NCBI GenBank assembly: GCA_043228905.1
Contig: JBHGNT010000001.1
Location: 19,778,001 to 19,842,000 of the forward strand
Length of the DNA: 64,000 nucleotides
From: Azolla caroliniana
Lineage: Eukaryota > Plantae > Polypodiophyta
Direction: 5' to 3'
Under the pieces are notes generated by a model. That model was given only the letters and a program-made list of their open reading frames with translations, was not told the origin of the DNA and searched no databases. Positions 24,902 through 36,646 of this stretch are shown in pieces; the first letter of the stretch is position 1; each line of letters begins with the position of its first letter. A program made the position numbers and the translations under genes.

Positions 24902-25330
24902 TATTGTAATTCATAGGATATTATTTTCATTTATGTTTTATTATAAGAAAGTAATGTATATTCCAGATTTCTCTGGAACATTCTAGAAGTTTCAGGATTA
25001 CTCATGACAACACTATAAAAGAAGGCACTAGGCATTATGTTGAACCAAATTGGTTCAACACCAGTCTTAAGCCTCTTAGCGATTTGTACTTATCTTTCAT
25101 ATAATATAAGAGCTGCTGTCATCATCCTCTCTCTCTCTCTCTCTCCTCTTCTCACTTCCTCTCTCTCGGGAATCTTACGCAGTCCCGTCCTCTTAGTACT
25201 AATAGTATTGTTCTTCTTAGTACTAATTCCATCTCTACTTTAGTACTATTCCTGACAGTTTGAACCAAATTTCCCTTTCCTCCAGCCTACATGTCGTTCT
25301 CCCTCATCCTCCTACCCTTTTCCCTATATT

Positions 25331-26503
25331 ATGGCTACTATTAGCGCCCAAGAATATCAATCCGTTTTCTCTGAGTTACAGTGCCTAAAAGAAAAGTTTG
25401 TTGCCCTGGAACAAGAAAACCAACGGTTGATAGGGGATCTGCAACAAATCGCTCTTGAAAAACAACAAATGCAACAATAACATGGGGAGTTAGCATTACG
25501 GGTACAACAACTCGAAGCAGCGTTGCAACAACAAGGATCAAGTCCCCAAGGATTTCATAAAGAGCCCAAGATTGGACTTCCTGTGAAATTTGATGGAACG
25601 TGATCGCAATTCCGGGGATTCCTTAACCAGGTACGCTTAGTCATCCAGATGCATCCTTCCCGATATCCCACTGATGCATCTCGAGTCGGCCTAATAGGCA
25701 CGTTACTTAGCGGCTCAGCCTTGGCATGGTTCACTCCGCTTCTAGAAAAACAATCCCCCTTGCTTAATAACTTTGAAGATTTTATTGGTGAGTTTAAAGC
25801 CTGCTTTGGAGATACCGACAACATCAGGACGACGATCAACAAGATCCGAAGATTGCGTCAAGGCGATCGTCCAGCCTCTACCTATGCGGCGGATTTCCGT
25901 CTACTCGCCTCAGATATTCCTTGGGATGATCAGGCCCTCATGGAGCAGTTTCACTACGGCTTGCGCAATGATGTCAAAGATCTGCTTTTAACCTTCCCCG
26001 AAGAACCAAAGTCTCTTACGGAGGCAATCAGTCGAGCGGTCCGATGCGACAACCGCCTTTTCGAACGGCGTTCGGAGCGTCAGTTACAAATACCACGCTC
26101 TCGACCAGAACCCACATACGCCTCAGTCACGGCTAAACCGTTTGCATGCGATGTACCTCAAGCCAATATTCCGACACCGATGGAGATCGACACCATGCGT
26201 CGACGCGGCCCGTTATTGGAAGAAGAAAAGCAACGACGACGTGCCAATCGATTATGCCTTTATTGCGGTGGACCAGGGCATATCGCCATCAATTGTCCCC
26301 ATAGGCCAAGAAGACAGGTAAATCAAATCGTCGCCTGTACTAAACCCGAGTCAATTCTTCCCTTCGGAGTGTCTGATAGTATTAATAATACTAATAGAGT
26401 GTCAGATAGTATTCATAGTACTAATAGCCCAAGTATCTCAAACAAATTTGAAATCCTTAGTCAATTAGATGAAGAGTTAAACGATCGAGTCCAGCCAAAA
26501 TAG
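25331..26503 (+). pseudogene. Gypsy gag (capsid plus CCHC knuckle) with two premature stops
   Basis: ATG 25331 in frame with ORF 25649-26503; stops TAA 25478 and TGA 25601; motifs PTPMEID and CLYCGGPGHIAINC. Confidence 0.9.
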
Positions 26504-29500
26504 GAGCCGTTGGGTTGGACAGCAGCCCTAGATCTGTACAGCCCATTAGTGGTTCCATTCCTTCCAAGCAAGTTAGCAATGTGTTCCTAGCCCAAGTCAT
26601 TGTTAGTACTAAAAGTACTCCCCCAGTACCCGTCCTAGCACTCTTAGATTCTGGAGCTAATTCCTGTTTCATGGATCGAAATTTTGCCCAAGCTTCTCAG
26701 ATATCCCTAAGAAAACTTCCTTGTCCCACATCTGTAGTAGTCATTGATGGTCGTCCCATTGCTTCCGGGAATATTGTAGAAGAATCAGAACCCATTCAAG
26801 TTGTCCTAGGTAGTTTTGTGTGTGTAATATCATTTAATATAATTAGTAGTCCAGAGCATCCCATTGTCCTAGGATTACCTTGGTTTGAATTACATAATCC
26901 AACCATAGATTGGAGAATAAGAGAAGTCCGCTATCGACCACCCCAAGAATCTACTCACCGAGTTTCGACCATTTCACTCCATCAATTACGCGAAGAAGGA
27001 CACAAGGAGGCAGTGTTCCTATTTGTAATATCAGTACATCCTTCCAGCACTATTAAGGACTCCTCAGTACAACTTCCGGCAAAATATCATCCTTATGCCG
27101 ATGTATTTGACAAGGTAAAAGCCAATACCCTTCCTCATCACCGTCCCTATGATTGTCCCATCGATTTACAACCAGGAACCGAGCCACCATGGGGACCAAT
27201 TTACAACTTGTCACCCACCGAGTTAGAAGTCCTTCGAGCCTACATAGAGGAGAACTTGGCAAGCGGGTTCATCCGTCATTCGAAATCTCCGGCCGGTGCA
27301 CCCATCTTCTTTGTCAAGAAGAAAGATGGCTCACTTCGTCTCGTCGTTGATTACCGCGGATTGAATAAGGTCACCATCCGGAATAGGTATGCACTTCCTC
27401 TTATATCAAGTCTTTTAGAATCAGTTAATGGTGCCAATTTTTTTACCAAAATCGATCTACGAGGAGCGTATAACCTCGTGCGGATCCGACCAGGAGATGA
27501 ATGGAAGACCGCCTTTCGCACGCGGTATGGGATTTTCGAGTATACTGTTATGCCGTTCGGCCTAACCAATGCACCCGCAGTCTTCCAACACATGGCAAAT
27601 GATATATTCAGAGACCTCTTGGATATCTGCTTGATCATCTATCTTGATGATCTATTGATTTATTCGAAGACCCAGCAAGAGCACGATTCTCATGTACTAT
27701 TAGTACTAAAGCGACTCCGCGAGAATGATCTTTATGCCTAGCTAGAAAAATGTAGCTTTGACTGCAAGCAAGTGGAATTTCTAGGCTACGTCATCTCCTC
27801 AAAGGGCATCGCCATGGATCCAGCTAAAGTCCAAACTGTACTAGAGTGGCAAATTCCACGGTCGGTACGAGATGTACAATGTTTTCTAGGTTTTGCTAAC
27901 TTCTACCGTAAGTTTATACAGGATTACTCGAAGATTATCTTACCCCTCACACAACTTACGAAGAAGGGCCAAGCATTTCTTTGGTCCATTGAAGCAGATA
28001 TGGCTTTTCGGCATCTTAAGAAAGCCTTTACATCAGCATCGATTCTAGCTCATGTGGATACTAGCAAACCATTCATCATGGAGGCCGATGCTTCCGATTT
28101 CACCCTCGGTAGCATCCTTTCTCAACAAGGAGATAAAGAAGAATTGCATCCGGTGGCTTTCCATTCGCGCAAATTCGATGTTGCGGAAATCAACTATGAA
28201 ATACATGACAAGGAGTTATTAGCCATCGTGGATTCATTTGTGCAATGGCGGCATTTCTTGGAGGGCTCTCAACATCAGGTCGTTGTCTTTACTGATCATA
28301 CAAATCTTGCTTATTTCCAGAACGCTCGCGTACTAAATCGACGGCAAGCTCGGTGGGCGCAATTCCTCACGCGTTTCGACTTCAAAATCACATATCGACT
28401 GGGGAAGCAGCAAGGAAAAGCAGATGCACTATCATGGTGTTCATATCTTGCACCTCGTCCTGGTGATCCAACATTTGATAATCAAAAGCAAGTAATCTTG
28501 GGACCAACACGGTTGCACACGACGTGGATTTTTCACACCCCGATAGATTCACAGATTACCGACGACATACGTGCAAACTTGAAGATGGATAGTTTTGCTC
28601 AAAACATCTTGGCGCACATTGATACTTCTCGGGCATCCTGTTCTCAGTCTCAACAACCAGGTATTGACTATCGACTATTCGAATATCATGATGGTTTGTT
28701 ATTCTTTAAAAAGCGCGTATATGTCCCCGATTGCTCCTGTCGCCTTCAAATCGTCCAGCATTGTCACGACACCCATACGGCGGGACATTTCGGTAGTACT
28801 AATACGTTGGAGCTAGTGCAACGATCTTGTTGGTGGCCCCACATGCGCCGTTTTGTCGACGACTACGTTCGGACCTGTGATGCTTGCTGCCAAGCAAAGA
28901 TGCCACGACACCATCCATATGGCTTGTTGGAACCCTTACCGATTCCAAGTAAGCCGTGGCAATCTATTTGTCTTGATTTTATCACAGATCTGCCGGTCTC
29001 GCAGGGGTTCGATGCTATCTTAACCGTCGTCGATCGATATACGAAGATGGCACATTTTGTTCCATGTACTAAGGCCATCACTAGCGAGGAAACCGCCGCC
29101 CTAGTCATGCGTGAGGTATTCCGGCATCATGGCCTCCCAGACAGTATCATTAGTGACCGAGGACCGCAATTTGTCTCCAAATTTTGGCAGCATCTCTTCA
29201 AGATGCTCAAGGTCTCTTGCAACCTCTCCTCCAGCTACCATCCTCAGACCGATGGGCAGGCAGAACGAACAAACCAAACGTTGGAGCAATATCTCCGGTG
29301 TTTCCTGAGTTATCAACAAGACGATTGGGCCGAGATTCTCCACTTTGCGGAGTTTGCGTATAATAATGTTGTTCACTCCTCGACTCGAGTCTCCCCATTC
29401 TACGCTTATACCGGTTCTCATCCTCGCTGGTCGGTGATCGACACCCCGGAGCTACCTACCAATCCTAGTGCCGGGGATCATTTGGAGAGACTACGCAAGA

Positions 29501-30015
29501 TCCAAACAGATCTCTCGACTCATCTTCGTCATGCTCAACAGACACAGAAGACTTACGCGGATTGTCATTGGCTTCCCTCCTCTTTTGCCATCGGAGATCG
29601 AGTATGGCTCTTACGTTGTCACATCAAGACTACTCGACCGTGCGACAAGTTGGATTATCGACGACTCGGTCCTTTCCTTATTACGGGTAAAGTTAATAAT
29701 GTCACATTCCGCCTTGATCTCCCTCCGCAGCTTCAGATACATCCGGTTTTCCATTGTTCTCTTCTTGAACCTTATAAAGCAAACATCATTCCCGATCGTG
29801 TTACACCACCGCCGCCCCCGCTAGAGTTGGACGCCGGCCCGGAGTATGAAGTTGCTACCATCCTCGATTCCAAACTTATTCGCAACAAACTTTATTATTT
29901 GGTCGATTGGGTTGGTTATAGTCCGAGTGAACGCACTTGGGAACCTATCGAGCAAAAGTATCCGGACAAACCCGGTCCACAATCAGCGCTGACTCGTTCC
30001 ACTCGTCGTCTTTAA
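26476..30015 (+). pseudogene. Gypsy pol (PR, RT, RH, INT, chromodomain) with one premature stop at 27739
   Basis: ALLDSGANSCF, IYLDDLLI, EADASDF, HDTHTAGHFG, SDRGPQF, HPVFHCSLLEPY, chromodomain EYEVATILDSKLIRNKLYYLVDWVGYSPSERTWEP. Confidence 0.95.
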
Positions 30016-30284
30016 GGGGGAGATAGTGTCATGAGATGGCAAGACTCGAACCCATGACCTTATGGTATATGGGTCGAGCTCTTAACCATCACACCATCTA
30101 TTGTAATTCTTAGGATATTATTTTCATTTATGTTTTATTATAAGAAAGTAATGTATATTCTAGATTTCTCTAGAACATTCTAGAAGTTTCAGGATTACTC
30201 CTGACAACACTATAAAAGAAGGCAGTACTTAAGCCTCTTAGCGATTTGTACTTATCTTTCATATAATATAAGAGCTGCTGTCAT

Positions 30285-30320
<36 letters not shown>

Positions 30321-31616
30321 CTCACTTCCTCTCTCTCGGGAATCTTACGCAGTCCCGTCCTCTTAGTACTAATAGTATTGTTCTTCTTAGTACTAATTCC
30401 ATCTCTGCTTTAGTACTATTCCTGACAGTACCCGGCTACAGAGAGCCGGATGGTGCAGACCCGGTATGAACCGGATCAAGAGACATATTCGTAAATATGT
30501 TTCTGAGAATCCATCGAGGCTATATTTGTAAATAGCCGAAAAGTCATATTAGTATAAATATGACTTAGGGCAAACTTTTAGTTATGTGTCGTTGTCATTT
30601 CCTGTTGGTGCAAGAAGAAGAGAGAGCACGTAATAGTGTACAGAGAGAGAGAGAGAGGAAGAGGTTGTAGCCTCTGTTGTAACCGCCGCCTGTGGCGAAG
30701 ATCGTGAGCACGAGGTCGTTGCCTCCGTGAACTCACTGTTTTGTACATTCCAACATAGTGATAGTTTGCAACCTGTGGGCTGCCGTGGTTTTTCCCTTAG
30801 TTTGGGTTTTCCACGTAAACATCTTGTGCACCCTTTCTCTCCTTTGTGTTGTGTTTTTCGTTTCTTGTTTTCTGTGTATGATTCTAAGCTCGGTTGTGGC
30901 CGAGCGTTGTGCATAAGGAGCGTTGAGTTTCCGTCAACTTCTTGGATGATTTCACGACGTATCTTCGAAAGGAAGGAATTCGGCAAGAATTCACTTGCCA
31001 ACACACTCTGCAATAAAACGAAGTAGCCAAGCGCAAAAATCGGCACATCCTCGAAGTAGCACGGGCCATGATGAACGAGAAGCATATGCCCAAGTTATAT
31101 TGGGCCGAAGCTGCAAATACGACCGTCTACCTAATGAACCGGTGCACATCATCTGGAGTGCACGAGGTCACTCCACACGAAAAATACTTCAGAAAGAAGC
31201 CGGACTTATCGCACACCCGGATATTCGGCGCAATAGCATACGTGCACATACCCGACGAAAAGCGGCAAAAGCTAGATCCAAAGTCGGAGAAATGTATCCT
31301 CGTAGGATACTCACTCGAACAAAAGGGGTACAAATGCTACAACCCATCTACCCGAAAAGTTCGAGTAAGTCGAGACGTCGTGTTCGACGAATCCACATCC
31401 TGGTACGCACCAGAGAAGATTCCGACTTCGACCCCGATCGACGTGGAACCGGCCGAACAAGAGTGAGAAGAGATCGCCTCGAAGACATGTTCGAAGATAG
31501 CCCGATTACCACAAGACTAAGTGGGCCACAAGAGCCCCCGAGCGATCAAAGCACATCACGGCCTAGCCCGAAGATGGACAAAGGCAAGGCAAAAATGGCG
31601 GAATACGAAGACGATC

Positions 31617-34519
31617 GCTTCGGGTTCCTATTAAAGAATGAAGAAGAACGATTCCGTGGGATGCTAGAGCGACATGGGAGAGCATTTGCATTTACATCAA
31701 AAGAAATAGGGTGCGTTGATCCGAAGATAGTGGAGCCGATGGTGATCTTCACGATTGACCATGTGCCGTGGAACCTGAAGCCGATTCTGGTGCCACGGGC
31801 GCATATTCCGAAAGTCATCGACTTGCTCAAGGAGAAGGTGGCGATGGGGATTCTAGAGCCATCAAACGCTCCGTACTCAAATCGATGGTTTACAGTTCCG
31901 AAGAAGAATGGGTCACTCCAATTTATTCAAGATTTGCAACTGGTGAACAAGGTCACGATCCGGAACTCTGGTGTCGGTCCGATAGTGGACGAATTTGCGG
32001 AAGCATTTTCCGGTCGGGCGTATACTCCATCAGAGACCTATACTCTGGATATGACCAATTCTAACTAGCCGTGGAGAGTCGAGACATCACTACCATGCGG
32101 ACACCGATAGGATTAGTCCGTATGTGCACACTACAACAAGGCGCAACAAACTCGGTCACACATATGGTGAATGCAATGAACAAGGTGCTCCGGGACTGCA
32201 TTCTGGAGATAACAATGCCATTCCTAGATGACATTCTGATAAAAGGATGCGCGGTGGAAGAAAAAGATGAGACTACAGATGATCGGGGATGCCGACAGTT
32301 CGTAGTCGACCATATTCGCGATTGCGAGAAAGTGCTTCGAAAGTTAGAAGATGTGCACCTAACACTTTCCGGGGAGAAATCGGCATTTGGGCAAGAAGAA
32401 ATATTGGTAGTCGGACATCTATGTGGGCCCTACGGCTGAAGACCGTCACCGACCAAGATCAATGCAATTCAAGCTATGAAAGAAATATGCGAGTCACAAT
32501 CTGAAGTCCGAAGGTTTCTCGGAGCATGTGCATTCTACCACATATGGATTCCGCACTATGCACATATTGCAGACCCACTCTATGACTTGTTGCGGAAGGG
32601 TAAGAAGTTCAAATGGAAACCGGAGCATACCAAAGCTGTGAAGAAGCTCAAGAAATCACTATGGAGGGCAAGAGCACTAAAGAAGCCGAACTATGACCGA
32701 TCGATCATAGTAACGGTTGACACAAGTCCAACCGGAATCGGATGGGTCATCAATCAAGCTGATCCGGATGGTTCACGATATCTGATCCGATTCGGAGCAA
32801 AGATTCTCAACGAAAGGCAACACAGATATGCACAAGTCAAAAGAGAATTATGCGGAGTCGTGTCGGCAATCAAAACGGATCGAGATTATTTGATCGGAGC
32901 CGAAGTAGAGATCGAAACGGATTGTCTTCCAATACTCAGGATGATGCGGTGTTGCACGATACCGGATGTGGCTATGCTAAGATGGATTGCATATGTTAAG
33001 TCGCTTAATCCGGAGGTACGCCACATCTCTAGAAAAGACAACGTGGTAGCGGATATGTTGTCAAGGGCGCGGTTCGATGATGACATAACCGAATCTGATA
33101 ATGAAGAAGTTTCCGAAGACTACTTTGCTTCGGAGCACATATGCCGGGTGAACGTAATTCGAGAATTCCGGGAAGGGACAATAAAGAGAAGAGAGCCGAG
33201 ATCCAAAGTAAGAAGCGGCAAGTCCGAAAGTTCTTCTTGAAAAATGGATTAATATGCAGGGAGCCGAAAAGACCGGATGGCATACCACTTCGGGTAGTCG
33301 GGATGAAAGAGCAACGAAACCGGATAATGTTCGAATTTCACGAATTCGATTGGGCTGGACATCGAGGAACGTGGACAACTTTTGTGAAAATCAAACAAAA
33401 ATATTGGTGGAAGAACATGTACAAAGATATAGCGGAGTTCACGGAAAGCTGCGAGAAGTGTCAAATCTACTCCGGAGTTCGACACCGAGATGAGTTACAT
33501 CCGACATTCTCACCGACAATCAACTTCAAATGGATGGTTGATATTGTAGCCATGCCAACCGGAATCAGACAAAAGAAGTACTTGGTGTTAGCTCGGGAAG
33601 ATCTCACAAACCAAGTAGAAGGTCGGGCATTACGAAGGAAAACGTGTTCTGCAGTGTACCAATTTCTTTTGGAGGAGTTGTTTTGCAGGTACGGGTGCGT
33701 AGGACAAGTGATTGCAGATCGGGGAGAACTCGACTCTGATAAAGCTAAGGAATTCTTCACCAAACATGGAGTTCGGTTAACACTGACAACGACATACAAT
33801 CCAGAAGCCAACGAGGACATAGTCCGATCGTTAAAGCACTTGCGAAGGCATGCGATGGAAGGGTGAAGGATTGGCCGCAGATGCTTCCGTATGCACTATG
33901 GGCAGATCGGACGATGCATAGCTCCGTAACTGGTTACATGCCGGTAGAACTCATGACCGGACAAGCACCAGTAATGCCAATGGAAACCGCGATCGTGACA
34001 TGGACAATGCTACCGTGGAAGGAAGAGATTAGCTGGGAAGAACTACTAGCGGTCTGGATACGACAACTAGAGGGAAGACCGGAAGACATAGCGGAAGCAA
34101 TACGCCGACAACAAGAAGCGTGATTCCGGAATAAAAGCCGGTTCGACACAAAGCACCGACTACGACCACGGAAGATTGAAGAAGGAGATTGGGTGATTGT
34201 CTACGACAGTAGTTTGGATCATCAACATACAACGATGCGGAAGTTCGCGAAAAGGTGGTTCGGGCCATACGAGGTTCGGAAAGTTTTCGACAACGGAACT
34301 TACCGACTATGCGAGTTGGATGGAACGATGCGACGAGTGCCTATAGCTGGGAAACGGGTGAAGATTTTCAAGAAGCAGACTGATGTGATCCTAGACAAAA
34401 CCGACAAGAAGGAGCAATCGGACGAAGATCGCAGTGATCTGGAAAGCGAAGAAAGTGGATTACAACTCATAGTTGACTTAAGGGGAGAATCGGAGGAAGC
34501 TTCGGATGAAGGTGAATAG
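31617..34519 (+). pseudogene. Non-chromovirus Gypsy pol (RT, RH, INT), degenerate and 5'-truncated
   Basis: YSNRWFTVPKKNG, PFLDDILIKG, VDTSPTGIGW, WAGHRGTWTT, IADRGELD, FAKRWFGPY; joined abruptly to Copia E1 integrase at about 31616. Confidence 0.9.
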
Positions 34520-34575
34520 CAACCATCGGGGACTTCGGCACATACCGGAGGATGTGCGGGTTCGGAGGGGGCGAG

Positions 34576-35272
34576 TGTCGTAGTGTGAATCACACACTAT
34601 GTGAAATATGTAAAATACTATATCCAATTTAAAGTACGCATAATAAATAAAATAAAATATTAAAAATATTTATTACGTGCATAGGGCAAGATTCAAACCT
34701 TGTACCTCCACATAGACAAACCCCAACCTTACCATTGTACTAACTTATCCTAAGTGTTCTAAATATAGATTTAATGCACATAAGACCTTTATTTATGCCT
34801 ACCTTTAAAAGGTAAGCCATGCATTTTTTAGAATGCGTGAATACTTTATTTATAAGAAAAATGTACACCAATAAAAAATGACTCGTGCACATCTAGTGAG
34901 CATGAGCACTATATTTAGGAAATAAAAGCATAGTGTAAAAAGGCAACTCATGCACATTTAGTGTGCATGAACACTTTAGAAAAAGCATGAAGCTATGCTT
35001 AGCCTCTTCCATCTAAGGAGGAGAGAAAGATGTATGGGGGGTTGTTGCTTATTTTACAAGGGTGGATTAATATAATATAATCGTGGGATTCACGAATTTG
35101 CTAACTATTTTTTCTCTCTTAATCTGAGTAATCACTAATACACTATACTCGTGGGATTCACGAGTTTTTCATATCTTTCTTTCTTACAATATATTTCATA
35201 TTCTTAATTTCCTTAGAATTTTCTTTTGTCCTAGTCCAAAAACCTCAGTGGTTCCCACCCGATTCACGCAAC
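34576..35272 (+). mobile_element. 3' LTR of the non-chromovirus Gypsy element
   Basis: Starts TGTCGT after PPT GGAGGGGGCGAG; the right end is approximate (..GATTCACGCAAC). Confidence 0.75.
34683..34745 (-). ncRNA. tRNA-like A-box/B-box cassette, antisense in Gypsy LTR U3
   Basis: A-box TAGTACAATGG (34742-34732) and B-box GGTTTGAATCT (34699-34689), 43-nt offset. Confidence 0.5.
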
Positions 35273-36646
35273 GATCTGGAGCCGAAAGGCATGAGAGCGG
35301 TGAAGTTTATACTCAAGTACTTAAAAGGCACCTCAGGGGTGTGCCTAGGGTATGGTGTTGGAAAACCTGAGGTGGAAGGTTTTATCGACTCGGACCTGTC
35401 GGGAGATGTAGAATCAACCTGATCCACGTCAAGGTACGTAATGACCTATGGAGGGGGAGCAACGTCGTGGCAATAACGACTACAGAAGTCTGTAGCCTTG
35501 TCGATTACAGAGGCAGAGTATATGGCAGCGGTAGAGGCCGGCAAAGAGCTGATCTGGATGAGAAATTTTCTCAACGAGCTAGGGATGAAGCAGAGGGAGT
35601 TCTTGCTTCACTGTGATAGCCAGAGTGCCATACATCTTGCCAAGAATGCCGCATATCACTCCTGGACCAAGCACATATGGAGAAGGTATCACTAGTTGCG
35701 GGAGAAAGTCGAAGAAGAAGAGTTTACACTTGTGAAGATCCACATGGATAACAATGAATCTGACATGCTCACAAAGAACCTACCTATGGACAAACTTAGA
35801 GTATGTCAATAGAAGACAAGATTGACTGACTCCCTCCCACAAGAGTGAAGGGGGAGTTTTTTAGGGGATATGTCCCTCCAGTGGGAGGAACCGACTGTTT
35901 GAAAGTAGTCAATAGTCGAAGGAACTGACTGTTCGAAAATAGCCGACAATCGAAGAGTCGACAACAAAGAATCGATTCTTTAAACAGATTGATTATTATT
36001 ATTATTATAGTAATAATAATAGTAATGATATGTAGCAGTGACTACAATTGTAAATAGTCCATACGATGTATTAGTATAAATACATCTAGGGCAAACATAG
36101 TAAGTAGAGGACAACAAAAGTGTGCGTAACAGAGATGCAGAGAGAAGGAGAGAGAGAGAGAGAGCCATAGAGAGTGGTGCCATAGCTGGGTGCGTAACAA
36201 CAGACACCAAGAACCCTGTGTGGGTGATACACTCGGAAGGAGTGTTGTAATCTCTGTTTTGTACATCTATTGTATAATGAAGTTTTTGCTCTCTCGTGGT
36301 TTTCTCCCGTTTTAGGGTTTCCACATAAATCTCTATGTATTGTGTCGTTGTGTGCATGTGTTGTGTATTTTCAACATCGTTTGATCTTGTGGTTTTATGA
36401 ATCGATTCTCAACATAATGATGGGCCATATACTCGTTGTTGCCGAGATGACTGATAGGGTTCTTTTCTCTAGATGAGCATAGAAGTTTTTCGCTTGCTGA
36501 TGTGAGCACCTTCTTTACGCCGGGTTTCCGCATGATGGGTACACCAAACTCATTGTCTAGTGAGCGAGCCGACACATCCGAATCACTGTCGACGGGATGG
36601 TCGACTTCGTATTCGAGCATCTTACCTTTGCCTTTGTCCAATTTCG

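Larger units (their letters stand above)
24830..30427 (+). mobile_element. Full-length Ty3/Gypsy chromovirus (Tcn1/Tf1-like)
   Basis: LTRs 24830-25257 and 30027-30427 (TGTCA...TGACA); TSD GTACC; PPT TAAGGGGGAGATAG; gag-PR-RT-RH-INT-chromodomain order. The lineage call is inference. Confidence 0.95.
24629..30936 (+). mobile_element. Solo LTR of Copia family A (24629-24829 plus 30428-30936), interrupted by the chromovirus
   Basis: TGTTGGGG...TTTCCGTCA with TSD ACTTC (24624-24628, 30937-30941); no PBS or PPT on either side. Confidence 0.9.
16523..31616 (+). mobile_element. Copia family E copy E1 (5' LTR, gag, PR, INT; 3' part lost), interrupted twice
   Basis: LTR 16523-16861; PBS TGGTATCAGAGC 16862-16873; gag 17034-17762 resumes at 23507; WFVDSGASNHMT; integrase DGGKEYF| resumes at 30937. 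Confidence 0.87.
14122..36414 (+). mobile_element. Copia family C copy C1, split by ~20 kb of nested insertions (pieces 14122-14342, 16375-16522, ~35275-36414)
   Basis: 5' LTR start TGTTAGGGGATATGTCCCT at 14122; 3' LTR 35859-36414 after PPT AGAGTGAAGGGGGAG; matching TSD TAATG (14117-14121, 36415-36419); RT pieces KVPYASAVGSVMYV and AVKFILKYLKG, plus RNase H at 35290-35847. Confidence 0.85.

Noticed and set aside
30995-32068. 357-aa ORF as a novel Copia-Gypsy fusion protein
   Set aside because: It is a chance open frame across a deletion junction (~31616) between Copia integrase DNA and Gypsy RT; the N-terminal part is an off-frame reading.
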